From Eledone cirrhosa (Eukaryota): DNA of 64,000 nt. The position numbers were made by a program, and so were the translations under genes. Within the stretch, counting starts at the first letter, position 1, and each line of letters opens with the position of its first letter. The notes below the pieces were generated by a model. It made no database searches. It worked only from the letters and a program-made list of their open reading frames with translations, and had not been told where the DNA came from. Shown piece after piece: positions 40,127-54,719 of the stretch. Location of the stretch: assembly GCA_964016885.1 (NCBI GenBank), contig OZ024740.1, positions 399,652,001-399,716,000 on the forward strand. The letters are read 5' to 3'.

Positions 40127-41732
40127 CTGAAACAAAAGAAAAGATAAAACACTAATGAGATCTTTTGCTAGGTTTCAAATTAATAGGAGAGAAGTATAAT
40201 TATTCTATTGTCTTTTAACAGGCAGTGAATAGAGTTGTTAGAATACAGAACAAAATGCCTTGTGGTGTTTGTTCAGGTTATCGACATTTGGAATTTAAAT
40301 CCTGTTGAAGTCAACTTTTGACTTTCACCCTTTCAGGGTCTATAAAATAAAGTATTAGTTCAGAGTGGTGGATTGGTGAAACTTTTGTTTCAAGAGGAAT
40401 GGAATATGGGACAATAAAAGTGAGATTTGCATTGGAAAATGAGGCGAAGGTTCACTCTGTCAACCCATTAAAGAGTGAGGAATTCCTATTAATTCTAACA
40501 TATATGGGGAAATATGTAATAAAGGTTGGTGTGAAAGATGTGCCACCTGAGATAAAGATCCCATGACTAGTAGCATAGATATGAAGAGGTTAAACTGGAT
40601 TTGGGATGGAACTGATGCTCCAAATAGATCAGAAAAAGCTGCAAAGAATTCATGATATCATTGAACTGCTGAATGGCACACAACTGTTTGTAGCCGTGGA
40701 AAGGAGGAGGCCCTGATGTCATAGTTGCATTGCAAACACTTATCTAAGGGCTCTCTGCCACTAACAGCAAAAAGAAAAAGGAAAACCCACACTTTTATCA
40801 ACACCACACCTGCAAAAACAACTTCAATAGCAAGAAAAAGAAGCAGTAATAAACACAGCTGATGCTGAAGCAGCAGCAGCATCACAACCAGCAACAGAAA
40901 TCCCAAGGAGCTCTAATGCCCCCCACCCATAAAAAAAGAAAACCCACGGCAATGCACCCCTCCCCTAACTTAGGTACTATGGATAATTTCCAGAAATCTC
41001 TGGCTTAGCAATGCTACCAGAGAGGCATTGCCAGTTTGGAATAAACTCTACAGGCATGGAAGTGCTGTCAAATGAGCCTGTTCTGCAGTCATGAATGGCT
41101 GACTGTTCAAAGTCATGAATGGCTGACTTGTGGAGCTATGTTGAAAAACTGTTTTCATGTGTAGGACAGATCCAGCTAGCAACTGAGTCTATCACGAAGA
41201 CTGCTTTGCCCTCTTCATTTAACAGGGATGGGTGAGCAGTTTTCTTGTGTCTGGTGGCTATGGCAAAAGAGGTTGTGTGGTGGCAAAACTGAAAGGACTG
41301 AAGACACATTCCTTTTCAATCAAGCTCTCAACTTTTTAAAGTTCCACTTGGAAACAAAGGTGAGGGTGGAAAGGTAGATGTCTCCTCCACTACCTTTACC
41401 AAAAGATGTGCGAAAGTAGTGAAAATGGTAAGAGTGAATGGGATTACACTCCACTCAGCTTGTACCTGTAGATCGAAGAATAGTTGGGAGAGAGCACATG
41501 TCCTTGGTGATCAAGGTGATTGTGGAGCTGTAGAGTTCCTTAATTAACCTTAGGTATTCAGCTCTCTATAACAGGAGGACTGAATGCCTCATAATTGTAT
41601 ACTTTGTATACATGTCACCCACCTTTTTTCTTCTCTGTGTAAACCCCCATCTTAATGTTGTAACCTATCTTTGTATTGCATCCTCCATCTGGTCCATGTG
41701 ACAAATAGAAGTAATCATTATTATTATTCGTC

Positions 41733-42108
41733 GGATTGGCAGTATCGGTAGAGGGTCGGACGCCATGCTTTCCAGTATAGTTACGTCCCTTTACAATCTG
41801 AGTTCAAATCCCGCCGAGGTTGACTTTGCCTTTCATCCTTACGGGGTCGATAAAATAAAGTACCAGTAATGCACTGGGTAATTGTTGGCCTTGTGCCTAA
41901 AGTAGAAACAATTATTATTCGTCGGACATCATGCTTTGCGGCATATAGTTACGGCCCTTTACATTCTGATTTAAAATCCTGCCGAGGTTAGCTTTGTCTT
42001 TCATCCTTAAGGGGTTGATAAATAAAGCACCAGTGACACACTGGGGTCAATTTAATCGATTTCCCCTTCCCCCAAAATTGCTGGCCTTGTGCGTAAAGTA
42101 GAAGTAAC
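41733..42108 (+). mobile_element. Young SINE (41733-41914) inserted at the head of an older related SINE
   Basis: Duplication ATTATTATTCGTCGGA on both sides of the young copy; the older copy continues to about 42108. Confidence 0.88.
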
Positions 42109-42448
42109 TATTATTATATTCATAACCTTGGTGTATAGTACACAAGTAGATTTTAACCTTAAATTTCGTAAATATGATATTATTATCATTATGTATGTGT
42201 GGAGTGACAAACTTAGACTATATGATGTCATTTCAATTCTGGCTGACGTAATTTTACTTCTCATACGGTGCTAATGTTCTTAGGAAAACCATAAATATAA
42301 CAGTTCCCATTCCTCTTTAATGTCAGGTAGTTTTGTAAATTAAATGCCATAATGTTTGGTTTGGAAACAAAATGTTATGATGTTTAATCATCCCAGTTAT
42401 GAGTTCAGATCTTGCCAGGATCAAGTATAGTTTATAAATTAACTGCAA

Positions 42449-43110
42449 GTGGTCTATTCTATCCTATACTCCTGCAGAATCTTCCACAACAGGTTGCGTG
42501 GAATGTGGTCAAATGATTTTTCATGGTTTACGAAACAAGCATACATCTCTTGGCAATACTTCCATGATTTCTCAAAGAACTGCCACAGTGTGAATAATTG
42601 GCTGGCTGTGCTGCATCCAGGGCAAAACCCACACTGTTCATCAGCTAGCTTAGACAATATTCCTACATCTCTTTGCCAGACACTTAACATAGAGTTTACC
42701 GAGAAGGTTTAACAAAGAGAGCCCTCTATAATTGGAGCAATCTCTCCTGTACCTCTTTTTGAAAGTTGGGATTATCACTCCAGATTGCCATTGCTTAGGT
42801 GCTGTTGCAGAGATCCAGGCCACCTGGTACACATGAGTTAGCTAGAGAACACCTTAAATTAAGGCTTTTAACATTTCATACCAAATTTCATCCTTCCCAA
42901 TGGCCTTAACATATTTGAGCCTGTTAATTGCTCTTATGACTACAACCTCCAAGAGATTAGTCATCACTTCCAGATGTATCTTATGTACATCAGATGATGC
43001 TGTTGTGACCGGGTTTAGGAGATCAGCAAAGTATTCTTTCCACTTCATGAGGATACACCTCTCTGAAGAGAGAATTCCAGTTGTGTTCCTGATAGCAGGC
43101 ATGGAAGAGG
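42449..43110 (-). mobile_element. Degraded RTE-like RT fragment
   Basis: WKEYFADLLN, KAIGKDEI, WQSGVIIPTFKK, CSNYRGLSLL, EQCGFCPG and ACFVNHEKSFD across frameshifts. Confidence 0.85.
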
Positions 43111-43123
43111 ACTTCTTATTATG

Positions 43124-43342
43124 AAGTCAGCGGATGGTTTGCCAGGCAAAAGCAACCAACAAGAGACCCAGGGGTAGACTCCGAGCAAGGTGGTTGGATA
43201 ACATCCACAAGCTTGGCTGATCTCACTTGGGGATCTAGCCAGATTGATTGGAAACAGTTGCTTCTGACAGGATCCACTGTGAGGCATCCTTGAGGTCTCT
43301 GCTCCCATGACCCTCGCAAGAATGGGTGGGAGAAGAAGAAGA
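43124..43342 (+). mobile_element. RTE-like LINE extreme 3' end
   Basis: RPRGRLRARWLDNI followed by a (GAA)n tail; homologous to 34490-34660. Confidence 0.7.
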
Positions 43343-46300
43343 CTACAAGAGGTGAATTAGGGTTAATTAGTCTTAAACCTAAGTAAGAAATCATCAGTCG
43401 ATATCATTATTACTGCTTATTAATGATATCGACTGATGATTTCTTACTAATAAAGAAATCATTATTACTGCTTATTAAACACAGTATAAATATAATGTAT
43501 TCTATCATAGGTATATCCAAACCATGCTAGTGGTAAGCGAATGTCAAATGAAGACAACAGTGGCAAATAAAAAGAAATAATAATTATTATTAGTAGTAGT
43601 TGTTCCTAATTATGATTGTTTTTGTTGTTACATCTCACAATAGGTTTAGCTGGCCTCCCATGAGGTTGCATTTCACATCAGGTTTATTGTGTGTTTTAAT
43701 AATAGAGACTCTAGTCCTATCACGTCAACATTTTCCTGGAAATAGGAGGCAGAATTTGAACTCAGAATGCACAGACCTAGAATAAATAACTGCAAAGCAT
43801 CCCATCTGATGCTGTAACAATTCTGGAATGGTACTATTTATCAATCCTAAAAGGATGCAAGCCAAAGTTGACCATAGTGGGATTTGATTTCAGAAGAGGT
43901 AGACAGTCAGAATATATAATGTGCAGCATTTAATCTAAAAAGTTCCAACAATTCTGCCAATTTGCCACTCTTAATAATGATTTCTAGCCTGCAGAAATCT
44001 CAAGCTGCCTGAGGTTTATTGGGGGAGGGCTAGTGCAGTTATGATATCATCCTAATATTAGACAAGCAAGAGAGTTTAGATAAAAACGTTTAACACCAAT
44101 GACTTTAACTGTTTGGCTGGTGGTTGTGGGGGCATGTTAAGTGTCTTTATCTTGCTTCTCATAACAATTCAATTGTTGGTTATGATAAACATATTTCATA
44201 GCATGAATTACTAAACTCAAAAATGTTATTTTAATAACTATGAAATCCCCCAATAAAAACAACATAACACTGTCTCAGATTTCAAATATGATTATTATTT
44301 TACTATTATATAGACATGGGAGTGGGTGGAAGGTGTATGTCTGCTCTTAAAGGTAGCAAGTTAAAATGCCTTTCTGCTTTTTATCCGACCAAACATGAAC
44401 AAAGGGATTAATCACAGCCAAGTTTTAAAAACAGATTTTATGGCATTATAATTAATAACCTCATAAAAATTTATGATTGACATTAATAAATAATTAGAGG
44501 TTACATAATGATAATGGCAGCAACAACAACAAACAGAATAAGTGATAATGATGAGAACAGTAATAATAATAACAACAATGTTAAACTATGCATATGTGAG
44601 AGGGCAGCAGAGAGGGGGCAGGGCACAGAGATAAGATAGTTATGATAATATATAGGGTGTGAAAAGGTATGGCTTGAAAGATGTCTAAGAATATAGGGTC
44701 AAAAATGAGTACTGTTTGTAAATAATAACTTGTGCTAATGAAGGCTGTTATGTGATGAAATAGAAATAAAGAGTGTCTTCTTCTTCCTCTTGGATATTAT
44801 TTTGAATTGGTTGGGGTGGGGGCAGGCCTACATTTCATTTCAACCTCAAGAACAACATTACTTGCATCAACTTGTAAAATGTAAATAAATATAATGAAAG
44901 ATGTGTGTGGAGGAGGTGAGGGAGACTGAACAAAAAAACAGAACAAATAATGCAAATGTAGCAAGGCGTATCATCATAACTGAAGGAATAAAAATTTATA
45001 TAGGCACCATGAAATGTAGTGCCATGGAGGGGGGGGGGGTTATATGGAGGGAAAGAGAGAGAAGGGAAGAGACGGAGAAGGGTGATGGGGAGAGAGATAT
45101 GTAATAATAAAAATAAGGTTATAAAGAATGCTGCCTAACCCCCCCCCCCCATTATTGCACAGAAATGTAGATAAAAAATAAAATAAAATAAGAAAAGGTA
45201 TGGTTTGGGGTAAATAGAGAGGGTATATAAACTTTACACAACAATGAGGTAGTGATGAGGAGTGAAAAGAAAGAGAGAGAGGTGTAAAGTGAAGTGGAAT
45301 AATTAGAAACAGTTGTGTGGGGTGTCTTTTGGTCCTTTTCTATTACTTTCTCTAGTTATTACAAGAAAGCTTTAAGAAACAGAGAGAGAGAGAGATAGGG
45401 TAATGACGGGGCGGAGCAAGAAATAGGGGTGGGTGGGGGTGAGTGAGAGATCTTTATAGGTTATCATAACATCTCAGCCGATTTTCTGATCAAACCAGGG
45501 AAATATACTCATATCAGATGTGTAGTTCCACCATCACTGTTCGTATTTCTGATAGTTTTCAATCAGGTATCTTTTTGAAGTATGTCAATGAAGTCGGTAG
45601 GGTGTCTTCAGCAATTAATCTGTTCATGCATTGACTAGATTTGAGGCATTGATTAAATTTGAGGCAGTTTCTTCAATTGCCATCTTCACTAATCTTTTCA
45701 GTCAACTTTAGCAGACCATCATTAACCTCTGTATTGTTAGTTTCATTCTTACAAGTGATGAGAGTGCATTCCATCTAGCTGATTTTCAAGCTTCTCTGTG
45801 AGTATCCATGTCTCATAACCATATAACAAGACAGATTCAGGCAGCTGCTAAAAAGCATCTGATCTTAAAACTCCTCCTCATGGGTGACTTTCAGATCTTT
45901 GACATTTCATGAGATACATGCTTTGCAACTGGTTTTCTTTTAATGATATCTATTTTTGAAATGGCTATCTTAGCCCAAAGATATGTGAAATGTTCAACAA
46001 TATCTAGTTGCTGTTCAGATTTTGAGTTTATTATACTGGAAATGTATGACAAATGCACAAGCTCTGTTTTCTACATATTGCTGAATAGACAGTATTTCTT
46101 GGCTTCCTTCTTTACCTTTTCTAAGCAGGTTTGTGCTTCAAATATCTCTTCTCAGTGTAAGGCAATGTCATTATCAAGCATAACGTTGGACACTATTTTC
46201 AGTGATATGTAGGAGTGTAAAGTGAAGGAGGTGCAAAAGAAAGATAGATTAAACAAAATAATATATTTTTTCATAGGTATGTCCATATGTGCTAGCATGG

Positions 46301-47048
46301 AAAATGTATGCAAAATGGTAATATTGATGATGATGTAGGTTTAAGATTTTTAACACCCACACTTTAACCAGGGTCACCCATCCATCCATCATCCCACTGT
46401 ACTCTAAATATGTCCTCTAAACCTTGACACACCAGTCACTGCCCCCAGTAGCTGTTATCAGTATAATTCCTCCCACACAACTAGATGTCCCTCTCATCCT
46501 GTCAACTCCCCCCACACACACTTATCCATAGGGCACAGAGGGCTCTTCCTTTGAGTCAATGACAACAACCTCTCTAGTGACAGTGCCACAACAAATGCAC
46601 CCAGTACACTCTGTTGATAGGAAGGACAACCAGCCATAGAAAATATACCAAATATAGGATCAGCAGCTTTCTTCAGCTATGCCATAGACATGACCTCTCT
46701 AGTGGTGATCTACACAATAAGTGACCATCCAGTAAACTCTGTAAAGTGGTTAATAATAGGAAGGGCATCCAGCCATACAAAACCTGTGAAACAAAGAGTC
46801 AGGAAGACTCTTCAGCTATGCCACAGGCATGACAATTTTCCTAGTATTGGTGCCATGCTAAAATACATGGAATGCACAGGAATTTATGTTAGGCTCCATG
46901 TCTAACTGGACATCAAAGGCTTCGCTTGAGTACTGACTGGTCTATGACAATACGTCCAACACTTGCTAGCAGGGAAAACAGGCATTAAATGATGATGATG
47001 ATGATGGTTTGTGTACTATCAAATTATAAATAACATTTCCTCTTTTAC

Positions 47049-47269
47049 TTAATCCTTTAGCATTTGCTTTATATTTACTACAGTATTTTCACAGTAAACA
47101 CTTTATCTCACATAATTATCTCATATAATATTGAATCTGCGAGAGTTTGATATTTATTTTGAGAACAATACCTTAACACAAGTAAGAATGGCTGGGTATG
47201 GGCAGTTTGAACAGAAAGAGGTGAGATAATTCTAGCTGGATATGGCCAGTTTAAATGCTAGAGGGTTAA
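47049..47269. mobile_element. TTAA-flanked MITE
   Basis: Same family as 33911-34117. Confidence 0.75.
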
Positions 47270-47814
47270 ACTATATTTTTAAATATCTGCAGGACTAATA
47301 GACTTGTTTATATTTCTGATGAAAGTTATTGCCTATGATTTTCAAATAATTTTGTAAATAACAAAGTATTTGAAGGGATTTAGTAATATAATTAACTTTT
47401 TGATTATTAAGCTGGCGTTTGAAACCTAAGTTAAAAAATTTCTTGCATAAAATTATGATGGAAAATTTTAATATAAACACTTTGAAATTAAATTATAGAA
47501 CCTGGAGTGTTTTCAGGTGGTTTGATTTCAAGAAGGTTAAGATGGTAGAGTGGGCTATGAGGGAATTTTGGCTGCTATTTCTAGCAGATTGAGCAACTGT
47601 AGTAGTTTCCTCATTGGTTGGTGTGTGCAGAATGTTTGTGCTAGGAGGATGAAAACAGAAAGAGAGAGAAAAGTGTGTGTGGCTAGTGTTTGGTACCTCA
47701 TTCACTTGATTTAAATCAATGCCTTGGTCAAATTTATCTTTCATCCTTCTAAAGTAAATAAAATATGTGCACATCACATTCCTCAACAAGGAGTAGGCAT
47801 TGATACATCTAGAA

Positions 47815-47974
47815 CAGGAATGTCAAACTGAGGGCCCCCTGAGGGCCACATATGTGTTGTCTGAGGGTCACACATTACAACTAATATTTTTTATTTTATA
47901 TTACGCTTGCACTGTAAAAACCTTTGTGCGGGCTGCAGGTGTGCTTGTAATGGGCCGCATGTTTGACATGCCTG
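47815..47974. mobile_element. hAT (Charlie/Buster-type) MITE
   Basis: TIRs CAGGAATGTCAAAC / GTTTGACATGCCTG; 8-bp TSD ATCTAGAA / CTCTAGAA. Confidence 0.85.
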
Positions 47975-48917
47975 CTCTAGAACATTAGTTGTTAGTCTAA
48001 CTACTAACATAACAATGTTTGCTGCTTAACCCTTTTATTATTGCCATATTTCTAATGAAGGCGCTAGGCTGTGAATTGGCAGAGTTGTTAGAATGTTGGA
48101 TAGAATACTTTATGATATTCATTCCAGCTCTCTGAGTTCAAATCCCGCCAAGGTCAACTTTGCATTTCATCCTTTCAAGGTTGATAAAAAAAGTACCAGT
48201 CTAATACTGGAGTCGATTCTTCCTCTCTCTGGGAGAAATCTGCTGTACTCAGGCCTGGAGAGGGATGGGCTCCGCCAGGTTTAAAATGCCTAAGAAACGC
48301 CTTATGTCAATATGGCACCCGTATGACTATCAGGAGTTATGGGACCATATCATACCAATGAAGGCACTATGATTTTCAAATCATTTTAAAAATAAGCAAG
48401 AATTTGGAGAGATTTAGAAAATAATTAACTTTCTTATTAAGTTTGTGTGAGGGTAGTGGATTGGCAGTATTGGTAGAGGATCAGATAAAATACTTTGTGC
48501 TATTTAGATATGACTTTTTATATTCTGAGTTCAAATCTCACTAAGTTTAACTTTGCCTTTCATTCTTCCAAGATCAATAAAGAAAATAGTTAAGTACTGG
48601 ATCCTATCTAACTGACATTTTCCTTTCCCTATACTATTTGCCTTGTGTAAATTTTAGAAAGAATTATTAAGTTTGTGTTTAAAACATAATTTAGCAATGT
48701 TCTTACATAAAATTATGAATAAACAGTTTTGTATAATACAAACAGGGGCTGTTTAAGGTTTGGTTTTAGAAGGGTTAACTCAAAGCCACACAACTCTTCA
48801 AAACCTTGAAATTTCATCTGATAAAAAAAGTCAGAAATCATTTTACTGGAAATCTTATTCTGAGTTCAAACTTTACTGGGAAGAACTTTAGTATTTATCA
48901 TTTTGGATTCAAATCAA

Positions 48918-49330
48918 GGGCGGTGGGTTGGCAGAGTCGTTAGAACATCATAATTGTTTCTACTTTAGGCACAAGGCCAGCAATTACCCAGTGCATTACT
49001 GGTACTTTATTTTATCGACCCCGTAAGGATGAAAGGCAAAGTCAACCTCGGCGGGATTTGAACTCAGATCGTAAAGGGACGTAACTATGCTGGAAAGCAT
49101 GGCGTCCGACTCTCTACCGATACTGCCAATCCACCGCCCTTAGAACATCATAATGCTTTGCAGTATATGTTCTGGCTGTCTGAACTTTGAGTTCAAATCC
49201 TGTCACAGTCAATTTTACCTTTCATTCTCCTGGGGTCAATAAAATAAAGTATAGATCAAACATTAGGGCTGATATAATCAACTTCAGCCTGCCCTCAAAT
49301 TGCTGGCCTTGTACTTCAATTAGAAATCAT
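48918..49330. mobile_element. Young full-length SINE (48951-49140, minus) nested in an older plus-strand SINE
   Basis: TSD TTAGAACATCATAAT. The host SINE head GGGCGGTGGGTTGGCAGAGTCG resumes after the insert. Confidence 0.9.
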
Positions 49331-49738
49331 TATATTTGAGCCAATGAAACAAATATTAGTCAAGTGTTGGGGTTAATCTATATTAACTATAAATGAACAT
49401 TCAGTGTTAAAAACCATTAGTCTATGGTTTTATCTTATACATAACGAAGACCATCACTTACCTTAACTAAAATGTAAACAAATCTAAATAAAACCCATGC
49501 TAATGCAAACCAAAATCCTATAATTGAGCCTACCCATTATATAAATATACTATAGAAGTCTTAAATTAAATTCAAACATGTCCTTGAAAAGTATATTCCA
49601 GCCCTCCCAGTAAAACAACCTGCTCACTTACTGGTATGGGGGAACAAGATATCATCAGGTGGCAGCTGTCATATTATATAGGTTTTATATTACTTTGCAC
49701 ATAACTTTATCAATGGCAATAACATTAGTTTTGTTGAG

Positions 49739-49919
49739 TTAACCCTTTAGCATTTAAACTGGCTGTATCCAGCCAGAATACTCTCACCTCTTTCTGGTCA
49801 AACCAGCTGCAGCTTGCCACTCATACAGATGTTAAGGTATTGTTCTCAAAATAAATAACATCAAAATCTCACAGATCTGATATTATGTGAGATAAAGCCT
49901 TTACTGTGGTAAGAGTTAA
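49739..49919. mobile_element. TTAA-flanked MITE, internally deleted
   Basis: Same family as 4736-4962. Confidence 0.7.
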
Positions 49920-51926
49920 AGAGTGATAAATGAATGCTGTACATACGAAAATTAATTGAAATTTCCCTCTTTAAGAAAGTAAACAAAAATATAACACCAA
50001 TTGAAATGACTTCAAGAAATTAAAAATTAATCTCTTAAAGTTAATTTACAACATAGGGATGGGACAACTATGAACATGTTTCAGGCTATTAGATATAATC
50101 AGCACTGTATTGTCAAAACAAACATGTTGAATGGTTGACAGATTTTTGAATATAGAAAAAGTTACAAATAATTTTGGGCCAATAATTTGCTTATAATTTG
50201 AATAATTATGTAATCTTTCTATGCATCTTAATATGAATTATAGGATTTTATGTACTTCTGGTTGGAAAAAGTGGTTGAGCATAAAAAGCCGATGTTGTCT
50301 AGTTTTAGGTTAGTCTTGAATGTGCAAGCCAATGCTTTCTGAATCAGTTTTTCCCACACAGTTTCTCTAGGCTTAGATTATCCAATGTGTCCTTTTTTAA
50401 AGACAACAGGGTATTCTGAGGGTCATTTAGCTGTTGTTTCTGGCTGGTTGTGCAGTTAAGTAGAGGTCATCAGACTGTTTTGAAGCTGATGTAAACCTAC
50501 TATGTAAATGATTAAAGTTTGTTGTGTAAAAACAGTGCCATGTGTTGAGTGCAGAGACAGATCATAGAGGGTGTAGAAAGAGGTAACATCTCCAGATATT
50601 GGACTTCAAAGGCAAGGTGACTATGTTGAGAAAAGTATTGATTTTCTGAACAGTAGTCATAACCAAATCCTGTCAACAAGGAAAAAAGGATAACAATGAT
50701 AATAATAACAAGCACTTTAAGGCTATTCTCCTGCTGATCCTTTTTAGGGCAAGATTTTATAACTGGATGGTCTTTCTGGCACCAACCCCTATGTTGGTGA
50801 TGAACATGATATATGTATCTAGTACAATGTGTAAAGTGTTTAGTGATAGGAAGAGTCTTCAGTCATAGAAAATCTGCCAAACAAAAGATGGGGAGGACTC
50901 TTCGGCTGTATCAACAATATGACATTTTCTCTTGTACTGGTACCATGATAAAATACACTCATGTAAATGAGTTGTGTGGGCCTCTGGCCCATCTGAGAGC
51001 TCTGTTTGAGTACTGACTCAGTCTATGATGATCTGTTGAACTCTTGTTGTAGATGTGTGTTAAATGATGATGATAATTGATAGAGTGTGTATATTCTAAA
51101 CCAGTTACACAGTCAGGCAATGATGACAATGGTTTCCGGTTATTAACCCCACCCACAGTCTACTCCATCTCATCATATATTGGTTTAAAGTGACATCCAG
51201 GTATGTTTTCAATGATAGCAAATAGATAGTGAATGAGAGTGCTTCTACATTGTTGCTTAACCTACTAGAAATAGCAACCAAATATCTTTTAAATTAAACC
51301 ATACTAGCTTAGAAAATGATACAGTGAAAATTGTAGTCATTATTAAAAAAAACAATCATGGAATAGTCATAGCTGGAATAAAGTCTACTTGATCAGAGCT
51401 GGCATGGGCTTAACTTGAAGAGTATAATAGTAGTAGCAGTAGTAGTTTTAATGATAAATATATGACAGATAAATGTGGTACAAAATCAGAATTATTTCCC
51501 TATTGTTGGCACAAACAATAGATGGCCAAACTATGCTTTATATGGCAAACTGGTAAGTTTAATCCTTTTGAAGCAAACTAACAAAAGTAACCATCTAAAT
51601 ACAGCAGAATATTTTCTATGCCTTGTAATTTTTGAGACTATAACATGATATTAGGACTAGTTATCCTTAGTATCTTTTATGTAAGGATGATTTAGTTGTC
51701 TTTATAAAAGACTCTAAAGTTACAAAACAGAGAAGGGCTAAGAATTTAAAAGCTTAAATTTGTTGGAAAGGAGAAAACTTTAGTGCTATATGAGAAGTGG
51801 CCTTGCTCAATGTGAAGGAAGTAAGCAGGTAGGGATTTGACATCATATATTTGATGCAAGCAATGGGTACACGGAAGATACACTGGGATAATTAGTAGAA
51901 CAAAAACTTTAGATAATATGCTGAAA

Positions 51927-52351
51927 TAATTGTTTCTACTTTTGGCACAAGGCCAGCAATTATCCCAGAGTATTACTGGTACTTTATTTTATCGACCCCG
52001 TAAGGATGAAAGGCAAAGTTAACCTCGGTGGGATTTGAACTCAGAACGTAAAGGGCCATAACTATATGCTGTAAAGCATGGTATCTGATGCTCTACCGAT
52101 GCTGTCAATTCACCACCCTTAATAATATGCTGAAATAATGGTTTCTTACACAAGGCCAGCAATTTTGGGAGAGGGGAAAGTCAATTAAATCAACCCCCAG
52201 TGCATGACTGGTACCTTATTTCCTTGACCCCATAAGGAAGAAAGGCAAAGTTAACCTCGGCAGGATTTGAACTCAGATATTAAAGGGCCGTAACTCTATG
52301 CTGCAAAGCATGGTGTCCGACCCTTTACTGATACTGCCAATCCACCGCCCT
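51927..52351 (-). mobile_element. Two tandem tRNA SINEs
   Basis: The first copy is flanked by the duplication ATAATATGCTGAAATAAT. The second copy (about 52137-52351) is the longer variant. Confidence 0.9.
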
Positions 52352-54409
52352 CAATATGATAAAATAAGGATATAATTAGGTTGATTTGACTAAACCCTAC
52401 TCATATAAAGTAGTTGCATGGAGAAAATATTAAAAATATATAAGTTTCTGCAGTTTTTGCCACTATTTCATGGCTCATTTTATTTGGTGGTACCATATTG
52501 ATTGAAATCTTTCCTTCATCTTGTCTCCTTATCTGGCAGTTCATCTTCAGTCAACTTTTCAAATCATCATAATCATTATTATGCTCTCTTTTTTTCTAGG
52601 CTTGTATGGATTCGATGATTTATAGCCAGATGCCCTTCTTTATGTTGAAGCCAACTTTCATCAAACTGATACACTGTGGGATGTATTGTATATGGAGCAC
52701 ATAAACAAAGGTCACTACATGCTTTACAAACGGTGTTGATATGAAAATGCTCGGGATCCCGTTTACATGCTAGACATACTTTTACTGAAGTATTTAAGGA
52801 TAAAAGACAACTAAAGTATATTAAAATATAGATATAGGCTATATGGGTCAATCATCAAAGAGGAGGTACTGGATGTCACTACCCCTTAATTTTCAATTGT
52901 GTACCCCCAGGTTTAAGGTGATATGCTTATTCCAAAACTCTGCCTTAGAATTATTGCGAACTAGACTGTTCACTCAGAATATTCTGAAGCTCCCAAAAAG
53001 CACCAAAGTCTGGTGACAGACTTGAGGCTATTTGCTCCTTGTCCATGTCTATTACTATTGGATAAGCTAACACATTGTTCTGTAGATAATTTTGTCTCTG
53101 AATAATATCAATCAATCTATCTATATCTAACACCAGCATATAACAAAGAATGAACTAATGAAAGAACCAGACTTGCCAGATCAAATTTATAAAAATAGCA
53201 TAACATTTTCAAAAAGTATATTCCAGCCCTCCCAGTAAAACAACAACCTACTCCACTTATTGGTATGGGGGAAAAAGACATCAGGTGTCAGCTGATGAAA
53301 GTTATGTTCATAAATTTAAAAAAAACCTCGAAGGATTGTCTATAAGCTAGTTATAATTTTACTATTCAATATGATTCTTCCCTTTAAAAATTTACATTTT
53401 AAAGTTGTAACTAGCACAAATAAAAAAAAAATAGCAGCATGTAGTTCTGAAAAGTAGCATAATCCACTATATGTAACCCAATCTGGCAACCCTGAAAGGA
53501 ACCTCTACATGGTTGCTCAAAGTTCTAGAAATAGGAGTTAAATCTTCATATCACATCATTATCATCATCCATTTTATATCCGTTTCTCCATACTTGCATA
53601 GGTTGGACACCATTGATCAGGGTTGATCTGAAGCTAAACAACAATGTGACAAAGGTTTTGTTTGTTCATCTTTTAAAAATAATTTGTTGCCCAATGTTAA
53701 ATAGGGGAAAAGACACAGAGAGGGACTTTATCTAAAGAATGGAAAAGCTACTCATTGCCATCTTCATGTTTTCAATTGAGATCTTTATGGTTTGGCAGTT
53801 GAAGTGTGACATGCTCCAAGGGTTAGACAGAGGCTCCTAACCTAGAGTTTGAGGATAAAAGGTAGCAGTAGGGGTCTGTGAACTAAGTTAAATATTTTAA
53901 GAGGTTGTAGTGTAAAATGTATAAGTACTCATGATGTGGTTGATAAAAATACACTTTAAAAATTTCAAAATCATTTCCAAATCTACAGGTATAGTCAAAT
54001 ATTTTAAAATGCAATTTAGAACCTTACCAATGCTTTAAAACTATCTGTCATTGGACCTGAAATTTTCAAAGTAGCAACAAAGCATCAACTATCTAATTAT
54101 TAAAAAATTTGTTGTTTAAGACTGCCACTTAACTGAATATTTAGCTTTATATATCTCTTGAGAGATGAAACTGAGAAAATGAGCATTGTTACTAAATAAT
54201 ATTGGCTTGAATAGATAAATCTTTCAAAATCCTGATGTCTATGGGAAAATTAATTTAAATAAAAGGGTCCTTGGTAGTGAAAAACTTCAGTGAATGGTGA
54301 GGACTTCCCCTGTGTTTTGTAATCCTTGTATTTTTGTGGAGGATCACTCCCTTGTTCTAGGTTTCCTTCCTAAGATTTGGCCTGGAATTATCTACAGAGA
54401 CTTCTATAT

Positions 54410-54577
54410 CAGACTTTCCCAAACGTTTTCAAACACGGAACTCTTTTTGGTTCAGAAACCTTTGAGGGAATCTCCAAAGTCTAATACTGTTATATGGTCA
54501 TAATATAAATATACTCTTCTACCTTTTTCCATGGAACATCAGACACTCTTTTGTAGAATCCACTTTGGGAACCACTG
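54410..54577. mobile_element. hAT-type MITE
   Basis: Imperfect TIRs CAGACTTTCCCAAA / TTTGGGAACCACTG; 8-bp TSD TTCTATAT / CTCTATAT. Confidence 0.7.
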
Positions 54578-54719
54578 CTCTATATCAATGTTAGCCCTTC
54601 CGTAGATTCAGTTAGTGATACTAGAGCAGGACTATCAGTGTTATTAGTCATTAACATTCTGAATCTATGCTAGGTATTGAAGTAATTAAGACTATTCAAC
54701 AGAATTCGTAATGTAATCG

